Assembly: GCA_002633005.1 (NCBI GenBank)
Contig: NMRA01000257.1
Location: 323,737 to 387,736 of the forward strand
DNA: 64,000 bases
DNA from: Phoronis australis
Lineage: Eukaryota; Animalia; Phoronida
Reading direction: 5' to 3'
The position numbers and the translations under genes were made by a program. The notes beneath the pieces are model-generated. The model saw only the letters and a list, made by a program, of their open reading frames with translations, did not search any database and was not told the origin of the DNA. Below are positions 61,546-64,000 of this stretch, piece after piece (the first letter of the stretch is position 1; every line of letters begins with the position of its first letter).

Positions 61546-64000
61546 TTACCAGTGCCTGTTGGTCAAAGGTAACACAATGTCCTGACAATCGTAGGTAGAT
61601 GGTGGCTGTTGGAATGTTTGATAAGACCGCTGCAGCCACTGCTGATGGGGTGACAATTGGGGTGCGATGGTAACGAAGGAAGCAGCCTCGTGCTGATGGG
61701 CTGGAGGAGGTGTAGGGAATGGATGACTGTAAGCTTGACCGTCCACAAATGAGCCGTCGTTAAGAGGACCACAACCAGATTGCTGGTCCCCCAAAGAAGG
61801 AATCAATGTAGGTACTGGAGAAAATCTATCAACACACCGGTCTTGGTTTGGAGGAGAATAATAAAGCTGCTGTTTTGAAGAAGGCTTTACACCAACTTGT
61901 TCGGAACAATAAATGTTTTGATTTGTTGGAGGTGACATTCTTGCAAGTGGCTGAGTTGAATAGGGATGAACGCGACCACCTTGCTGAGCTCGAATGACGC
62001 CACTGGGCACCAGTCCCGGCATCTGGGTCTGCTGCCGGTGTCTGTGGTGAGAGAACCTTTGAGGCTGCACCTGCTGATACAAACTTCCATTCTCCTGCTG
62101 TTGATATCTCCCGTACTGCGCACACTGCATTGGGCAAGAGGGTATCCAAGATGACATTCGCTCAACTTGGGGTGTTACTACTTGTAAGATGGGACTCTTC
62201 CTGTTTGTCGCCAGCCACACCTGCTGGCCAGCATTAGCAGCACTGGCTGGTAACTGATGCTGCATTGGAGAGACAGATGGAAATGAATTGCGAGGCATTG
62301 GGTTGTAACCAGAAGATGATGTATGGCATGACTCTACTGAGGCGGCTGCATGCCAACTATGACGTATTTGGCCTCTTTGCTCAACAGGTCTCTGGTAAGC
62401 TTGTGGCTTGATAGAAAAATCTTGTCTGCCAACAGCACACAAGTCACCTTCATCAGGAGGTACTGGGGAAACCCTTTCACAAACTGGTTGATACAATCCA
62501 ACACACAGGCGCTTCTTCTGAGGGCTGTCAACCAGTTGAGGATGAAATCTTTTCTTGAATGGAACCAAAGGTTGGTTTTCAGATACCCGCTTAGAGGTAT
62601 TCAAGTTGCAGTTTTTAGTCTGTGACACTTGCCCAACATTGTTGGCTTGACTGACATTGTCTTCCAGTCTGAAGGCTACGCCACCAAGTTTTGAAAGGAG
62701 CAATTTTACTGCTGACCTTGTCTCAGCTGGGAGCAGTTCCTCGTCCTGTGTCTCGTACAAGTTAATGAGATCTTTGATAGACATATCAAGGACATTAGAT
62801 GACAAGATTGTGCTTGAGGTTTGCTTACTATCTGAACAATTCTTCGCCACATCTTGATGAATCTCAGCAGAACAATTCTTTTCAGACTCTGTATTGCTGT
62901 CAGAAGGGATGACGTTGAAGACTGATAAGTCTTCTCCTGTGCTGCTGGGAGTTGGTTGTTCATTTCCTGAACAGCAGCTATCATTGCTGTTGCTGGTCTC
63001 CACCTCTGATGTAACAACACGTGAGCTACTACAGATTTCGTCTACCTCTTGTTTAACTAGTAGACATGCTGGCTGTACTCTACAAGGAGTTTTTACATTA
63101 CTGCAATCTTGTTCCACTTCCATAGCTGTATATTTGTGCACGCCGTCATTGACATTTGCCGACAGTGATGAACGTAAAGGTGGATCCACTGATGTCCCTG
63201 GATTAACGTTTTCGGAGCACAAAACTTCTTTATGATTTGGAAACTGAATTTGAGTTGCATCAACACTGTCCGTGCAGGCAGAAGTGTCCAATTCAATTGA
63301 CTCCTCCATCACATTTGACTCTTCAGTCACATTTGACTCCTCCGTCACACTTGACTCCTTTGTCACACTTGACTCCTTTGTCACACTTGACTCCTCCGTC
63401 ACACTTGACTCCTCCGTCACATTTGACTCCTCCGTCACATTTGACTCTTCTGTCACATTTGACTCCTCCGTCACATTCGTATCCTCTGTCACATTTGACG
63501 TTAAGCCATTGCAGCCATCTCTGGTCGTCTGTTGCACTTCAACATCGGTATCATCAGTAGGGCTGCAATCTCTGTCCACCAGGTGGTGCTTTGGGCAAGG
63601 CTTCAGACTGATGAAACTGTTGCTGGTTTTGTTAGACGAATTTTGCACTAGTTCACTTGCTTCCCCTTCATCACCACTTACAGCTACTTCAAGAGTCCAA
63701 TCCTTGCACGTGTTTTCACTACTTTCACATGCTGAGGAGGAAGTTGCAGGGCTAGAGTTGCTCATGTGGGAAATGTTTTGATGTTCCATGAACACAGACG
63801 GCACATCCTGGTGACTGCTGCAGGATACTGAACTTTCACACCAACCTGAGCAAGCGTCACCTGAATCATCACAATCAGCACCTGACTCAAGCCAACGCAA
63901 ATCGACATCTCCACTTTGGGAAACTCCCTCAATTGAGAGCTCTTCAGTGTGTCCTCTGTTGGCAGCTAACAAACACCCACTTCTCTTGATATCATCAGTT
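61546..64000 (-). CDS. Long terminal exon of an uncharacterised low-complexity (Ser/Glu-rich then Gln/Pro-rich) protein; 5' part lies outside the window
   Basis: Stop-free frame of ~2.45 kb that stays open to the window edge (TDDIKRSGCLLAAN...); an in-frame 18-bp repeat preserves frame; no recognisable folded domain. Confidence 0.8.
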   Translation of the reverse strand, partial: TDDIKRSGCLLAANRGHTEELSIEGVSQSGDVDLRWLESGADCDDSGDACSGWCESSVSCSSHQDVPSVFMEHQNISHMSNSSPATSSSACESSENTCKDWTLEVAVSGDEGEASELVQNSSNKTSNSFISLKPCPKHHLVDRDCSPTDDTDVEVQQTTRDGCNGLTSNVTEDTNVTEESNVTEESNVTEESNVTEESSVTEESSVTKESSVTKESSVTEESNVTEESNVMEESIELDTSACTDSVDATQIQFPNHKEVLCSENVNPGTSVDPPLRSSLSANVNDGVHKYTAMEVEQDCSNVKTPCRVQPACLLVKQEVDEICSSSRVVTSEVETSNSNDSCCSGNEQPTPSSTGEDLSVFNVIPSDSNTESEKNCSAEIHQDVAKNCSDSKQTSSTILSSNVLDMSIKDLINLYETQDEELLPAETRSAVKLLLSKLGGVAFRLEDNVSQANNVGQVSQTKNCNLNTSKRVSENQPLVPFKKRFHPQLVDSPQKKRLCVGLYQPVCERVSPVPPDEGDLCAVGRQDFSIKPQAYQRPVEQRGQIRHSWHAAASVESCHTSSSGYNPMPRNSFPSVSPMQHQLPASAANAGQQVWLATNRKSPILQVVTPQVERMSSWIPSCPMQCAQYGRYQQQENGSLYQQVQPQRFSHHRHRQQTQMPGLVPSGVIRAQQGGRVHPYSTQPLARMSPPTNQNIYCSEQVGVKPSSKQQLYYSPPNQDRCVDRFSPVPTLIPSLGDQQSGCGPLNDGSFVDGQAYSHPFPTPPPAHQHEAASFVTIAPQLSPHQQWLQRSYQTFQQPPSTYDCQDIVLPLTNRHW
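63297..63500 (-). repeat. In-frame 18-bp coding minisatellite, ~11 copies (SNVTEE/SSVTKE)
   Basis: gtcacatttgactcctcc variants. Confidence 0.95.

Noticed and set aside
61563-63781. Multiple antisense or alternate-frame ORFs over the 808-aa ORF
   Set aside because: Shadow ORFs of a low-complexity coding exon and its 18-bp repeat

Overview
This is AT-rich eukaryotic (animal) genomic DNA with GT-AG introns, probably from a heterozygous marine invertebrate (inference); it is not prokaryotic, and most listed ORFs are spurious. It holds three protein-coding loci. (1) A CCDC60-like gene on + (17 core coding exons, 5207-24453, ~767 aa). (2) A complete lipin/phosphatidate phosphatase gene on - (15 coding exons, 40007-27787, ~935 aa, intact DIDGT and LGQIL motifs), tail-to-tail with CCDC60. 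(3) The long terminal exon of an unidentified low-complexity protein on - (61546 to the window edge). Introns and intergenic DNA contain many MITEs, tRNA-headed SINEs and minisatellites. 47831-52190 is repeated at 52728-57103 across an N gap, most likely uncollapsed haplotypes. The most striking non-genic structure is a head-to-head pair of Helentron-associated (HINE/DINE-1-like) elements at 56759-59117, carrying about ten CTCF-consensus motifs at ~145 bp spacing. I found no CRISPR array, rRNA, genuine tRNA or intact transposase, and cannot establish a new biological system from sequence alone. All homology calls are from memory and manual translation, not database searches.
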